Source: Minisyncoccota bacterium
GTDB taxonomy: Bacteria; Patescibacteriota; Minisyncoccia; Phycocordibacterales; CAJBRS01
DNA: 64,000 nt
Direction of reading: 5' to 3'
Assembly: GCA_035652395.1 (NCBI GenBank)
Contig: DASRDX010000009.1
Location: 208,411-272,410 of the forward strand
Of this stretch, positions 20,723-31,610 are shown piece by piece. Below the pieces are notes generated by a model. The model was not told the origin of the DNA. It searched no databases and saw nothing but the letters and a program-made list of their open reading frames with translations. The position numbers and the translations under genes are program-made. The first letter of the stretch is position 1; every line of letters begins with the position of its first letter.

Positions 20723-21331
20723 ATGAAAATTGGCCCAAAATTTAAAATCGCTCGACGCCTCGGTGCTCCGGTCTTTGAAAAAACTCAGACCACTAAATTC
20801 AAGCTGAGTGCCGATCGAAAAAGCAAAGGTGGCCGACCGCGAGCTCGCAGCGACTATGGTCAACAGCTTTTGGAAAAACAGAAGGCGCGTTTTTCTTACG
20901 GGATTTCCGAAAAACAATTTGGCAATTATGTTAATAAGGTAATCGGGCAAATGAGTAAAGTACCCCCACAGGAAAGACTTTTTTCCATGCTCGAGAGACG
21001 TTTGGACAACGTAGCATATCGCCTTGGCTTGGCTAAAACCAGATTAGCCGCCCGACAAATGGTTTCTCACGGCCACCTTACGGTTAACGGCCGAAAAGTT
21101 ACCATTCCGTCATTTCAGGTTTCGGTTGGCGACAAGATTGGTATTCGGGCTGGCAGCGCCGCCAAAGCTCTTTTTCAGGATTTGGATGAGAAGCTTGCTG
21201 AACAGGAGACTCCGAACTGGCTTAATTTAGATATCAAAACCAAGACCGCTGAAGTTAAAGGAGTGCCGCAGTTGGCCGGACAAAGTTTGGTTTTTGATTT
21301 GGGATCGGTGTTGGAATTTTATAAGCGTTAA
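20723..21331 (+). CDS. rpsD: 30S ribosomal protein S4
   Basis: S4 N-terminal and S4-domain consensus. Confidence 0.97.
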   Translation: MKIGPKFKIARRLGAPVFEKTQTTKFKLSADRKSKGGRPRARSDYGQQLLEKQKARFSYGISEKQFGNYVNKVIGQMSKVPPQERLFSMLERRLDNVAYRLGLAKTRLAARQMVSHGHLTVNGRKVTIPSFQVSVGDKIGIRAGSAAKALFQDLDEKLAEQETPNWLNLDIKTKTAEVKGVPQLAGQSLVFDLGSVLEFYKR

Positions 21332-21385
21332 TTTATTTATTTAATTAATAGAAGCGCAAGCAAAGCTCGCGCTAATAGCAAACAT

Positions 21386-22360
21386 ATGGCTGATTACAAC
21401 GTCCTCTTACCATCAAAACCCCGAGTAGTTAATGAAAATCAATTTCAAGGTAATTTTGAAATTGACGGACTTTACCCCGGTTACGGTCATACTCTCGGCA
21501 ATTCTCTCCGCCGCATCATTTTGTCGTCGCTTCCGGGCTCGGCCATTACTTCAATTAAAATTGACGGCGTCAGTCATGAATTTTCCACTATTTCTGGTGT
21601 AAAAGAGGATGTTATAAATATCATTCTCAACCTCAAGAAAGTCAGAATCCAGCTTTTAACCGACGAGCCGCAAACGCTTACTTTGAAAGTCAAAGGGGCA
21701 AAAAAGGTGACCGCTGCCGATATCAAAGCTCCGGGACAGGCTCAAATTATGAATACTGATCAGTATCTGGCTGAAATCACCGATAAAAACGGAGAAATTA
21801 ACATGGAGCTTTCGGTAGAGAAAGGCATTGGCTATATTTCAAAAGAGGCTCTCCAGAAAGAGAAGGTGGAGATTGGTACTATCGCTCTAGATGCTCCGTT
21901 TAGCCCGATTAAAAGAGTTAATTATGATGTTGAGCAAATGCGAGTGGGTGATCGAACCGACTTCAATCGATTAAAGATGTTTATTGAAACGGACGGAACG
22001 ATTTCTCCAAAAGAAGCTTTGGAGAAATCCATTGAAATTATGATTAGCCAACTGAAAGCCATCGTTGGTTTCAAGGAAGAGGAGGAAATTTTAATTACTC
22101 ATTCTGAATCAATGGGTGAAACTCCGGCGGGTGAAACTGAAAACAAAGAAGATTATGATGACTTGCTGAAGACCAGAATTGAATCATTGGACTTATCACA
22201 GCGAACCATTAATGCCCTGATTGGCGGAAATATTCGGACTCTCGGAGGTCTGGTCAAAAAGAAGGAGAAAGATATTTTAGAGATTGAAGGTTTGGGAGCC
22301 AAAGGTCTCGAGGAAATTAAAAAGATTCTTAAAGATTCCAGCCTTTCATTAAAAGAATAG
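21386..22360 (+). CDS. rpoA: DNA-directed RNA polymerase subunit alpha
   Basis: Alpha NTD and CTD consensus, and order rpsD-rpoA-rplQ. Confidence 0.97.
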   Translation: MADYNVLLPSKPRVVNENQFQGNFEIDGLYPGYGHTLGNSLRRIILSSLPGSAITSIKIDGVSHEFSTISGVKEDVINIILNLKKVRIQLLTDEPQTLTLKVKGAKKVTAADIKAPGQAQIMNTDQYLAEITDKNGEINMELSVEKGIGYISKEALQKEKVEIGTIALDAPFSPIKRVNYDVEQMRVGDRTDFNRLKMFIETDGTISPKEALEKSIEIMISQLKAIVGFKEEEEILITHSESMGETPAGETENKEDYDDLLKTRIESLDLSQRTINALIGGNIRTLGGLVKKKEKDILEIEGLGAKGLEEIKKILKDSSLSLKE

Positions 22361-22361
22361 T

Positions 22362-22709
22362 ATGCGTCACCATAATAGCAATCGAAAATTAGGATTAAAA
22401 CGAAAAGGACGTAGCGCCTTGCTGAAAAGTCTTGCCCGAAATTTAATTCGCGAGGAAAAAATTGTTACTACCGAGGCTAAAGCCAAAGAGCTGCGCTCTT
22501 ACGTGGAAAAATTGATCTCCAGAAGTCGAAAGGATAGCCTAGCCAATCGGCGCTTAGTGGCTGCAAAAATTACCAAAAGCAAGGAAGTTAACAAACTTTT
22601 TAAAATTGGTTCGCGTTATCAGGATCGGGCCGGAGGTTATACTCGAATTGTAAAATTGCCGCGCCGCTTGAGTGATGGTAGTCGCATGGCTCAAATTGAA
22701 TTAGTTTAA
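22362..22709 (+). CDS. rplQ: 50S ribosomal protein L17
   Basis: L17 consensus. Confidence 0.97.
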   Translation: MRHHNSNRKLGLKRKGRSALLKSLARNLIREEKIVTTEAKAKELRSYVEKLISRSRKDSLANRRLVAAKITKSKEVNKLFKIGSRYQDRAGGYTRIVKLPRRLSDGSRMAQIELV

Positions 22710-22713
22710 TACT

Positions 22714-23058
22714 ATGGAACACACTATCGACGCAAAAGATAAAAAATTGGGCAGAGTCGCATCAGAGGCGGCCCGAATTTTGATGGGTAAGAATCGAGCG
22801 GATTTTGCCCGTCATCGTATTCCAAATCAAACGGTGCGCATTATCAACGCCTCGGCCGTTAATATTGATACTAAAAAACGCCAAGGTAAAACATATCAGT
22901 TTTACAGCGGTTACCCTGGTGGGCAGAAGACAGTAACTCTGGAGCGGTTGATCGGCAAGAAGGGCTACTCAGAAGCATTTCGCAAGGCCGTTCGCGGGAT
23001 GTTGCCGCCAAACAAACTTCGGGCTAGAATGCTCAAGCAATTAATTATCACGGAATAA
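22714..23058 (+). CDS. rplM: 50S ribosomal protein L13
   Basis: L13 consensus. Confidence 0.96.
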   Translation: MEHTIDAKDKKLGRVASEAARILMGKNRADFARHRIPNQTVRIINASAVNIDTKKRQGKTYQFYSGYPGGQKTVTLERLIGKKGYSEAFRKAVRGMLPPNKLRARMLKQLIITE

Positions 23059-23465
23059 TGGCTACAACTGAGACAAAACGATACATAGAAGCGGTGGGGC
23101 GACGCAAGACTTCAATTGCTCGCGTTCGGATTTTGCCTGAATCAAAACAATCTTATTTAGTTAATGATCGGGATTTGGAGTCTTATTTTCCGACTGCCGA
23201 ACTTCGACTGACGGCTACCAGTCCCTTGAACAAGGCGGCTTTGACAGAAAAATTCAAGGTAACGGTCAAACTGAAAGGTGGAGGGATTAGCTCACAGGCG
23301 GAAGCTCTACGCCACGGACTCTCCCGAGCCTTAATAGAATATGATCGGGAGCTCCGACCAAAACTAAAGAAAGAAGGTTTTTTGAAGCGTAATCCGCGAA
23401 TGAAGGAGCGCCGAAAATTCGGTCTCAAGAAAGCCCGAAAGGCGCCGCAGTGGAGCAAGAGATAA
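23058..23465 (+). CDS. rpsI: 30S ribosomal protein S9
   Basis: S9 consensus including the C-terminal ...RRKFGLKKARKAPQWSKR. Confidence 0.97.
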   Translation: MATTETKRYIEAVGRRKTSIARVRILPESKQSYLVNDRDLESYFPTAELRLTATSPLNKAALTEKFKVTVKLKGGGISSQAEALRHGLSRALIEYDRELRPKLKKEGFLKRNPRMKERRKFGLKKARKAPQWSKR

Positions 23466-23637
23466 TAAAAAGCCTCCTTCCAAGAAGAGGCTTCAATGTC
23501 GCCGAAACTTTTTAAAAAGTATTTCCCAAAACGCAAGAACGAGGAGAACAATTGGAAATGAGAGGGAAATAAGCACGGCCGTATCGCTCATGGAGTCCAT
23601 ATCTTTTTCTATAGTAGATAACCATTAATATTAGTCA

Positions 23638-24204
23638 ATGACTGCCGAGAGAAATAAAAAAGATCAAGTTGAACCAGAGGAGGAGGAAATCGTTGAAACC
23701 AACGAAGACGGTGAGGAATTGCCCGGCAAGGATCAGTTAAAGAGGCTCCGAGAACGATTAAAGGAAGCAGTAGCGGAAAAACAAAAATATCTAGACAATT
23801 GGCAGAGAGACAAGGCTGAATTCATTAATGCCCGTAAACGTGATGAAGAGCGGAATGCCGAACATCTTCAGTATGCTTCGGCCAGATTGGTAGAGGAGCT
23901 TTTGCCGGTTTTGGATAGTTTTGATGCCGCTATCAGTAAGATGAAACAGGACGAAAACGTCCCGAAAGAATGGAGGAGTGGTCTGGAAAGTATTGATCAG
24001 CAGCTTCGCACCGTATTAAGTAAGAACGCCGTCGAAGCTTTCGGAGAGGTTGGTGATTCTTTTGACCCAAACTTTCATCAGTCAATTGCTTCAGTAAAAT
24101 CAGAAGGGGTGGAAAAAAGTCATACCGTTGCCGAAGTGGTTCAGAAAGGTTATAAAATGAAGGAAAGATTATTGAGACCGGCTTTAGTAAAAGTTTATGA
24201 ATAA
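23638..24204 (+). CDS. grpE: Nucleotide exchange factor GrpE
   Basis: Acidic N-terminus, coiled coil, and a C-terminal GrpE beta-domain motif. Confidence 0.9.
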   Translation: MTAERNKKDQVEPEEEEIVETNEDGEELPGKDQLKRLRERLKEAVAEKQKYLDNWQRDKAEFINARKRDEERNAEHLQYASARLVEELLPVLDSFDAAISKMKQDENVPKEWRSGLESIDQQLRTVLSKNAVEAFGEVGDSFDPNFHQSIASVKSEGVEKSHTVAEVVQKGYKMKERLLRPALVKVYE

Positions 24205-24247
24205 AAGGGCAGGGAGAGTAGCAAGTAAGAAGTAAAATAAAAATCAA

Positions 24248-24610
24248 ATGTTAGAGGTCATCAAAAATTACAACCAAAAATCGGTAATTCTCCTAAAGAA
24301 GCTCTCGAGCGGCTGGCTGGCTTCCGTTATTGTATTTAATGAGAGTAATGAATCAAAAATTCTGGGACAGAAAGTCCTGAATGAAGCTGAATATATACTT
24401 TTGCTGACGGAGAAGAGGGAATTGGAGAGTCGAAATATTTTCATAATTTTCGAGGAAAATATTTCGACTAAACCATTCCTTCTGGCTTCGCCGAAAGCCG
24501 ATAGCCTCCCTGTCGAGAGTGCTGATATCGTACCTTCCCCATACTTTTTATCTTTATTTAGAGAAGCGGAATTCTTCTCGACTCAAAAGACTCGCGGACC
24601 AAATAAGTAA
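24248..24610 (+). CDS. Hypothetical protein inserted between grpE and dnaK
   Basis: 120-aa ORF in the operon orientation. No motif recognised. Confidence 0.4.
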   Translation: MLEVIKNYNQKSVILLKKLSSGWLASVIVFNESNESKILGQKVLNEAEYILLLTEKRELESRNIFIIFEENISTKPFLLASPKADSLPVESADIVPSPYFLSLFREAEFFSTQKTRGPNK

Positions 24611-24657
24611 TTTAGATTCGTTCGGTTTATTAATCGCATCTAAATTAATTATTTACT

Positions 24658-26562
24658 ATGGCAAAAATTATTGGAATTGACTTAGGAACTACAAACTCGG
24701 CCGTGGCAGTGATGGAGGCAGGCTCGCCAAAGATCTTGGAAAATGCTGAAGGCGCTCGTACCACACCTTCCATCGTAGCCGAATCAAAAACAAAAGAGAG
24801 ATTGGTAGGGCTTTTGGCCAAACGCCAAAGTGTCACTAATCCGCAAAACACCATCTTTCAAATCAAGCGTTTCATTGGGCACAACTTTGATGAAGCCGCC
24901 GTTCAGAAAGATATTAAGGCCGTGCCGTTTGAGAGTCGAAAGGCTTCAAATGGCGGTATCGAGGTAAAAATGGGTGAGAAATGGTTTCGACCGGAAGAGA
25001 TTTCGGCCATGATCCTTCAGAAATTAAAGAAGGATGCCGAAGCGCGTCTCGGGCAGACCATTACGGAGGCGGTTATTACCGTGCCGGCTTACTTCAACGA
25101 CTCCCAACGACAGGCCACCAAAGATGCTGGAAAGATTGCCGGTCTCGATGTTAAAAGAATCATTAACGAGCCAACGGCGGCGGCCTTAGCTTACGGTTTT
25201 GACAAAAAGAAAGATGAAAAGATTGCCGTCTTTGACTTCGGAGGCGGAACTTTCGATATTTCCATTCTGGAAGTTGGCGGCGATGTCATCGAAGTAAAGT
25301 CAACGGATGGAGATGCTCACCTTGGCGGTAAAGACATTGATCAGAAAATCATCAATTGGCTAGCTGATGAATTTAAACGGGAGCAGGGAATTGATCTGCT
25401 AACCGATCCTTTGGCCAAGCAGCGATTAGATGAGGCAGCCGAGAAGGCCAAGATTGAGCTCTCAACTGCTTTAGAAACGGAGGTGAATATTCCATTCATT
25501 ACTTCAGGCGCTGATGGTCCGAAGCACCTGCTTATCAAAATGACTCGCGCCAAGCTTGAGGAATTGACGGCTGAATTCATTGATCGAGCCATGCAGATTA
25601 CCAAGCGCGCCATGGAAGCATCGCCCTTCAAACTGAATGAAATTAATGAGATCATTTTGGTCGGTGGTCAGACTCGCATGCCGAAAATCCAGCAGGAAGT
25701 GAAAAATTACTTCGGCAAAGATCCGAACATGACTGTCAATCCTGATGAAGTAGTAGCTCTGGGTGCCGCTATTCAGGGAGGAATTTTGGCTGGAGATGTG
25801 AAGGATGTGCTGCTTCTCGACGTTATTCCACTTTCACTTGGAATTGAAACCATGGGAAATGTGGCCACTAAATTAATTGATCGAAATACTACCATTCCAA
25901 CTTCCCGCTCGCAGATATTCTCGACTGCCGCGGACAATCAGACTTCGGTTGAGATTCATGTCGTTCAGGGTGAAAGAGCCATGGCTAAAGACAATAAATC
26001 ACTCGGAAGATTCATTCTTGATGGAATTCCACCGGCTCCGCGAGGTATGCCGCAGATTGAAGTAACCTTTGATGTGGACGCAAACGGAATCTTGAATGTC
26101 AAAGCCAAAGACAAAGCAAGTGGTAAAGAGCAGTCCATTACCATCCAAGGAAGCTCCGGTCTTTCAAAAGACGAAATCGATAGAATGCAGAAAGAAGCTG
26201 AAGCTAACAAAGCTGAGGATGAAAAGAAACGACAGGAGGTTGAGGTTAAGAACTTGGCCGAGCAGTTGATTTACACTGCGGAGAAATCATTAAAAGATGG
26301 CGGTGATAAAGTACCAGCCGATGTAAAGACCTCAGTGGAAGAGAAGGTCACTGCTTTGCGGGGAGTAAAAGATGGAACTGATACAGAGGCAATCAAGAAG
26401 GCTACGGAAGAGTTATCTACCGAATTATCGAAAGTAGGAGAGGCAATTAATAAAGCTAACCAAAGCAACTCCTCGACTGGCTCCACGCAAACAGATGGCC
26501 AGAACGGCAGTGATCAAACTGGCGGACCAGAAGGAAATGTTAGGGATGCAGAGACAAAATAA
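24658..26562 (+). CDS. dnaK: Chaperone DnaK (Hsp70)
   Basis: [18 protein letters not shown] and other Hsp70 signatures. Confidence 0.98.
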   Translation: MAKIIGIDLGTTNSAVAVMEAGSPKILENAEGARTTPSIVAESKTKERLVGLLAKRQSVTNPQNTIFQIKRFIGHNFDEAAVQKDIKAVPFESRKASNGGIEVKMGEKWFRPEEISAMILQKLKKDAEARLGQTITEAVITVPAYFNDSQRQATKDAGKIAGLDVKRIINEPTAAALAYGFDKKKDEKIAVFDFGGGTFDISILEVGGDVIEVKSTDGDAHLGGKDIDQKIINWLADEFKREQGIDLLTDPLAKQRLDEAAEKAKIELSTALETEVNIPFITSGADGPKHLLIKMTRAKLEELTAEFIDRAMQITKRAMEASPFKLNEINEIILVGGQTRMPKIQQEVKNYFGKDPNMTVNPDEVVALGAAIQGGILAGDVKDVLLLDVIPLSLGIETMGNVATKLIDRNTTIPTSRSQIFSTAADNQTSVEIHVVQGERAMAKDNKSLGRFILDGIPPAPRGMPQIEVTFDVDANGILNVKAKDKASGKEQSITIQGSSGLSKDEIDRMQKEAEANKAEDEKKRQEVEVKNLAEQLIYTAEKSLKDGGDKVPADVKTSVEEKVTALRGVKDGTDTEAIKKATEELSTELSKVGEAINKANQSNSSTGSTQTDGQNGSDQTGGPEGNVRDAETK

Positions 26563-26575
26563 AAAACCGCCAGCA

Positions 26576-26785
26576 TCAAGAAGACGCTGGCCGGTTCGTG
26601 AAATACAGACTTCTGAAAAATGACCACGTGAGACCAAGAGACCCCATGATCATCAGAGCCATAGCTATTCTATGTTCGGTGGGATTGGGATTAGCCGGAT
26701 GTTTCCAATGATGAATAACTACTGCCCAAGCCCCGCTGCACATTAGTAAAAGGATGATTTTGAATCGAATCAGAGTTGTTTTCAT
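26576..26785 (-). CDS. Possible small two-TM membrane protein antisense between dnaK and dnaJ
   Basis: 70 aa from MKTT with two hydrophobic helices. GGAGGG lies 8 nt upstream of this ATG. Could be spurious. Confidence 0.22.
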   Translation of the reverse strand: MKTTLIRFKIILLLMCSGAWAVVIHHWKHPANPNPTEHRIAMALMIMGSLGLTWSFFRSLYFTNRPASS

Positions 26786-26834
26786 TGATATTCCCTCCAC
26801 TTATAAAATAACATAATAAATTTAATCAGTCAAG

Positions 26835-27911
26835 ATGGCGAAAGATTATTACAAAACTCTAGGCATCGATAAAAAGGCCTCGAAAGACGAGATCAAGAAG
26901 GCTTTTCGTGCGCAGGCACATAAGTATCATCCGGATAAAGGCGGCGGCGAAGCCGCCGCCACCAAATTCAAAGAAGCTAGCGAAGCTTACTCTGTGTTGT
27001 CTGATGAGAAGAAACGAGCTCAATACGATATGTATGGAGAGGCCGGCGCCGGATTTGGAGGCGCCGGCCAAGGCTTCGGCGGCTTTGATTTCAGTCAAGG
27101 CTTTGACCCAAGTCAATTTCAGGACTTCGATCTCGGAGATATCTTTGGCGACTTCTTCGGCGGAGGCCGTGCTTCCAGACGCTCCGCACGAGGTCGTGAC
27201 ATCTCCATCGATCTCGAAATTCCATTTGCTGAATCGGTTTTTGGCACCGAGCGCAATGTTCTCCTGACCAAAACCAGCGTCTGTAGTCATTGTCACGGTA
27301 GTGGTGGCGAACCGGGCACCGAAATGCAAACCTGTCCGACCTGCAACGGCCAAGGACAGATTAATGAAGCCCGCCGTTCGTTTTTGGGCGTCTTTAATAC
27401 GGTTATAGTCTGTCCTACTTGTCACGGTAGCGGCCAAGTGCCGAAAGTAAAATGCAAACAATGTAAAGGTGAGGGAGTGGAAAGAAAACAGACCGAAATC
27501 AAAATCAAAATTCCCGCCGGCATCAATAACGGCGAAATGATCCGACTTTCCGGCGAAGGCGAAGCTATTTCAGGCGGCTCGGCCGGAGATCTATACGTCA
27601 AAATCCATGTGCGACCTCATCCAGTTTTCACTAAGGAAGGCTCAAACCTTTACATGACCCTGAAAATTAAATTGAGCGAGGCACTCCTGGGCACCGAGAT
27701 CCCCATTGAGACTTTGGACGGAAAAGTTACGGTTAAGGTTCCAGCCGGCATCACTTTTGGAGAAATCTTGCGAATTAAAGGCAAAGGCGTACCGGGCGAG
27801 CGAACCAATCGTCGCGGGGATCTAATGATCCGAATTCAGATTGAGTTGCCGAAAAAACTTTCTAAAGAAAGCAAAAAGCTAATTGAAGAACTCAAAAAAG
27901 AGGGGATTTAA
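26835..27911 (+). CDS. dnaJ: Chaperone DnaJ
   Basis: J-domain HPD motif, G/F-rich linker, and four CxxCxGxG zinc-finger repeats. Confidence 0.97.
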   Translation: MAKDYYKTLGIDKKASKDEIKKAFRAQAHKYHPDKGGGEAAATKFKEASEAYSVLSDEKKRAQYDMYGEAGAGFGGAGQGFGGFDFSQGFDPSQFQDFDLGDIFGDFFGGGRASRRSARGRDISIDLEIPFAESVFGTERNVLLTKTSVCSHCHGSGGEPGTEMQTCPTCNGQGQINEARRSFLGVFNTVIVCPTCHGSGQVPKVKCKQCKGEGVERKQTEIKIKIPAGINNGEMIRLSGEGEAISGGSAGDLYVKIHVRPHPVFTKEGSNLYMTLKIKLSEALLGTEIPIETLDGKVTVKVPAGITFGEILRIKGKGVPGERTNRRGDLMIRIQIELPKKLSKESKKLIEELKKEGI

Positions 27912-28165
27912 ATAAACATTTCATCAACATAGCACCAGCGCCAATTTTGCTCCGGTCCAAAGAATTGAATGATTGGATGGCCAGTTGCTTTAAAATGTTT
28001 AGTAGCGTGCTTGTTCTTGGATGAATCGCAGCAACCCACATGACCGCAACTGAGGCAAAGTCTAAGTGAAACCCATTTATCTCCCATTTTCAAACATTCT
28101 TCACAACCAGAACTTTTAGGTTTGACCTCTTTAATACTGCTTATATGAGTACATTTCTTTTCCAT
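27908..28165 (-). CDS. UBP-type zinc-finger domain protein
   Basis: C..C...C..C..H...C..C..H spacing typical of zf-UBP. Convergent with dnaJ, with a 4-nt overlap. Confidence 0.7.
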   Translation of the reverse strand: MEKKCTHISSIKEVKPKSSGCEECLKMGDKWVSLRLCLSCGHVGCCDSSKNKHATKHFKATGHPIIQFFGPEQNWRWCYVDEMFI

Positions 28166-28202
28166 GCCCTAATCATATCAACTATTATGTTAAAATATAG
28201 AG

Positions 28203-28712
28203 ATGAAAACTATTTTGGCCCTCTTACCCAATTCCTTAACCCATTCATACGGCGCTGATCTAAGCATTCTAGTAATTCTTTTTATTTTGACCGCCGTCTA
28301 CGGTTTGTATTGGGGCAAGCAGCGGCTGGTTTCCTTAATTTTGGCTTTTTATCCGGCCATTCTGCTTTTCCTGAACTTTCCTTACGTTAATAATCTTCTA
28401 TTAATTAAAGCGACGGCCGGCCAGATCTTTGTTTCCAAATGCGTTATCTTTCTAATATTTCTTATTCCAATTCATCTTATTTTTAATCGATTTGTCTTCG
28501 GGGATTTCGGCTTCAATAGTAATCGAAAGTTTCTGCAAGCCGCTATTCTTTCCATCTCCATTCTGATCTTGATCATCGTTTTCTTCTATAGAGTGGTGCC
28601 CTTAACAAACGTCTACTCTGTTTCCTTACCGTTAGCTCGTTATCTCTCAACCTCCAAAGATTTCTTCTGGTGGCTTTTAGTGCCATTTGTTGGACTATTT
28701 TTCACTCGGTAG
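28203..28712 (+). CDS. Hypothetical integral membrane protein (CvpA-like?)
   Basis: Four predicted TM helices. A TAAAAT -10 box lies 6 nt upstream of the ATG. Confidence 0.5.
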   Translation: MKTILALLPNSLTHSYGADLSILVILFILTAVYGLYWGKQRLVSLILAFYPAILLFLNFPYVNNLLLIKATAGQIFVSKCVIFLIFLIPIHLIFNRFVFGDFGFNSNRKFLQAAILSISILILIIVFFYRVVPLTNVYSVSLPLARYLSTSKDFFWWLLVPFVGLFFTR

Positions 28713-28751
28713 ACATTACCAAAAAAACCGGTGTCGTCAAAAATAACGTCA

Positions 28752-29054
28752 TTATCCACTTGTTTTATTTGGAAGCGGAATCCTCTGCATTTCTTTTTCT
28801 TTAAAGCGACTTTGGCGAAGTAGAAACGCAAGTTCTCCATTGCGTTTAATAGGCATTCCAATCATATGATGACATTCTATACATATCAGAAGTCGAACAT
28901 TATCCGGATCTGTATTATTTAAGTCAGATTGAAATTTAATTAAATCGGAAGGCAAGATTTGATTTAAATAACAGCATTTAGGAGCTTTTTTATCCTTTTT
29001 AAAATATGCGAATAGTCTGTTTCCGCAAACACACAGTAATTCATACTTTTTCAT
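28752..29054 (-). CDS. Hypothetical small Cys-rich protein
   Basis: Internal ATG of the 147-aa ORF; CVCG...CC...CIECHH pattern. Start choice uncertain. Confidence 0.3.
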   Translation of the reverse strand: MKKYELLCVCGNRLFAYFKKDKKAPKCCYLNQILPSDLIKFQSDLNNTDPDNVRLLICIECHHMIGMPIKRNGELAFLLRQSRFKEKEMQRIPLPNKTSG

Positions 29055-29374
29055 GAATTTATTCTTAGGTCTTATAACAAAATAAGAATAGTGTGGCAAT
29101 AATTGTTGTCTATAGCCAACAACAATTAGGAAATAAATTTCTACATGTGCAAAATACTGCCTCTGCGCGCCAACAGTGATTAAGTCCAAAAACAATTATA
29201 GAATGAGATTCTGTTATATATAATAAACAGCGGAAGTTTTTTAACAAAAATTATTATTTAAATTTAAGTCTTTAATAGTTTTATTGATTCGGCTAGCATC
29301 TTTCATAGTATAAATTTGGATTAGGTAATGTCTTGTGTTAAAATTCTTAAAAAATCGCTTAAATAAGGATTCAA

Positions 29375-30817
29375 ATGAAACCCATGAATGGAGAGAGAAA
29401 AACGTTAGAACTTTTTGAAAAAGCAGCAAGAAACGTAGTGGCTTATAAAAAGTTTCTCAAAAAAAACCACTTAAATGCAACTGATATTTCGAGATCAAAA
29501 GATTTTTTGACTATCCCAATAATGAATAAGTCCAACTACCTTCGTCGATATCCATTAAAGGAGTTGACCTGGAAAGGTTCTATGCGTCATCATCTTATTT
29601 TTACTTCCACGTCCGGATCAACGGGCGAGCCATTTTATTTCCCGCGCGAAAAACTTGTCGATAATCAAGCCGCATGGGTTCATGATCTTTTTTATAAATA
29701 TCGTTCAGATTCTAAAGATAAATCGACTTTAGTGATCGTTTGTTTCGGTATGGGTGTTTGGATTGGTGGAATTCTCACTTATCAGGCCTTTAAAATAATG
29801 GGGGATAGAGGTGAATCTATATCTATTCTTACACCAGGTATTAATAAAGCAGAGATATTCAATGCCTTGAAAAAGATCGCCTACAATTTTGATGAGGTCA
29901 TTATGGTTGGGTACGCTCCGTTTATAAAAGATATTGTTGATGAGGCACCTAGTCAGGGTGTTAATTTGCGCAAAATGAATGTAAGACTTATTTTTGCGGC
30001 CGAGGCATTTACAGAAGGTTTTCGTGATTATATTGCAAAGAAAGCCGGTCTCAAAAATGTTCTTCTCGATACGATGAATATCTACGGCAGTGCGGATATC
30101 GGCGCCATGGCTTTTGAAACGCCAATTAGCATTCTAATGCGCCGTTTAGCCCAAAGAAAACCGGAGCTTTTTGACTCTCTTTTTTCATCAATCTCAAAAA
30201 CTCCTACTTTTGCGCAGTATAATCCGGAATTTATTCATTTTGTTTCCAATAATGGTCGTATTCTGCTTTCCGGGGACAGCACCATACCTTTAATCAAATA
30301 CGATATTGGTGACCACGGGGGAACCATGACCTTCAGAGAGGTCGTTCGAATATTTCGCAATCACGGTATAAATATTTTGCGGGAAGCGGAAAAGGCTGGT
30401 ATATCCAAAACCATTTTGAAATTTCCTTTTGTTTATGTCTACGAAAGAGCCGATCTTTCCACCACTCTATACGGATTGCAGATTTATCCGGAAACAGTGC
30501 GGGAAGCTCTTTTGACAAAACCAATCTCAACCTATTTAACCGGTAAGGTTACTCTCATTACTCGATATGATCACCTCCAGAATCAGTACTTGGAAATCAA
30601 TTTGGAACTTCAAAAAAACAAAAACGCCTCTCAAGCATTGAAGGCTCGAACTTTGACGCAGATTGTGAAAAATTTGCGCCTGAAAAACTCGGAGTATCGG
30701 GAACTTTCAAATTTTTTGAAGAAGCGAGCTTATCCACGCTTAGTCTTTTGGCCAAATGAACATCCTGAACATTTTCGCCCGGGCATTAAACAAAAGTGGG
30801 TTAAAAAACAACGCTAA
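29375..30817 (+). CDS. Adenylate-forming enzyme, phenylacetate-CoA ligase/CapK/F390-synthetase family
   Basis: TSTSGSTGEPFYFP adenylation motif and size match the PaaK-like family. Confidence 0.7.
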   Translation: MKPMNGERKTLELFEKAARNVVAYKKFLKKNHLNATDISRSKDFLTIPIMNKSNYLRRYPLKELTWKGSMRHHLIFTSTSGSTGEPFYFPREKLVDNQAAWVHDLFYKYRSDSKDKSTLVIVCFGMGVWIGGILTYQAFKIMGDRGESISILTPGINKAEIFNALKKIAYNFDEVIMVGYAPFIKDIVDEAPSQGVNLRKMNVRLIFAAEAFTEGFRDYIAKKAGLKNVLLDTMNIYGSADIGAMAFETPISILMRRLAQRKPELFDSLFSSISKTPTFAQYNPEFIHFVSNNGRILLSGDSTIPLIKYDIGDHGGTMTFREVVRIFRNHGINILREAEKAGISKTILKFPFVYVYERADLSTTLYGLQIYPETVREALLTKPISTYLTGKVTLITRYDHLQNQYLEINLELQKNKNASQALKARTLTQIVKNLRLKNSEYRELSNFLKKRAYPRLVFWPNEHPEHFRPGIKQKWVKKQR

Positions 30818-30818
30818 A

Positions 30819-31610
30819 CTATTTTTTGATCCGTTCGTGTAACCTCTGAGCCTCTTTCCACGCTAAATTAAAACTATTTTTGAACATCTCCGCTATTTCT
30901 TTATGTTCAATGATAATTCCAAATTTTTTTACGGGATCTACTAATGCTACTCGATTCCCATATATAGCCATATCACAAGGGAATTTATATTCTTTTTCTG
31001 GTATGAGCGAGATTTGATCAGGTATATTTTTGGGCAATGTTCTCCAGCGAGCTACAGACTCCTTGTTGGCAGGATTTATTGCCCGCATCTTTATACCTTT
31101 TTTAATACGAGGTATATTATGTTCTTCTAGAAAGTTCGGGAAAATTTTAAAAATAGTCCCTGGATTTGCATAAGTCTTTAAATCTTTCGCCTCAGAAGAA
31201 AAGATATCATGATAAGTATTTTTCAATCCTTCAACGCCCTCATATACTTTCACGGTTGGCTTGTATCGTGTTTCTTTATGATAAGCACGCAATTCAGGGA
31301 TGATTTTTTTCACCGAATCTAAAGCAAGAGTACGGTCTTTTACAGCGTCTTCTGCGATTTTCAGAATAGCATCTGGGGTAGCTGCCACAAATTGTTGACA
31401 TTTATGACCCACCACCAACTCCACCAGACCGCGTTTCCGCAAAGAATCAATGATGACATAAGTCGAGCTTCTATTAACTTTTGCCTCTTTAGCTATCACA
31501 CTGACTGTTGCGGTCCCGAGCTTTATTAAACAGACATAAACTGTGATTTGTTTCTCACTTAATCCAATGGAAGTTAAGTCATTTTTTGTGTTGTTAAGCA
31601 TCAACAACAT
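30819..31610 (-). CDS. TrmB-family transcriptional regulator
   Basis: N-terminal wHTH LSEKQITVYVCLIKLGTATVSVIAKEAKVNRSSTY plus TrmB-type C-terminal domain. ORF track start is TTG at 31637; ATG at 31610 is preferred. Confidence 0.7.
   Translation of the reverse strand: MLLMLNNTKNDLTSIGLSEKQITVYVCLIKLGTATVSVIAKEAKVNRSSTYVIIDSLRKRGLVELVVGHKCQQFVAATPDAILKIAEDAVKDRTLALDSVKKIIPELRAYHKETRYKPTVKVYEGVEGLKNTYHDIFSSEAKDLKTYANPGTIFKIFPNFLEEHNIPRIKKGIKMRAINPANKESVARWRTLPKNIPDQISLIPEKEYKFPCDMAIYGNRVALVDPVKKFGIIIEHKEIAEMFKNSFNLAWKEAQRLHERIKK

Noticed and set aside
23466-23637. CIRCE/HrcA operator upstream of grpE.
   Set aside because: No TTAGCACTC-N9-GAGTGCTAA-like inverted repeat is present. There is only an AAGCCTC...GAGGCTT hairpin after rpsI.
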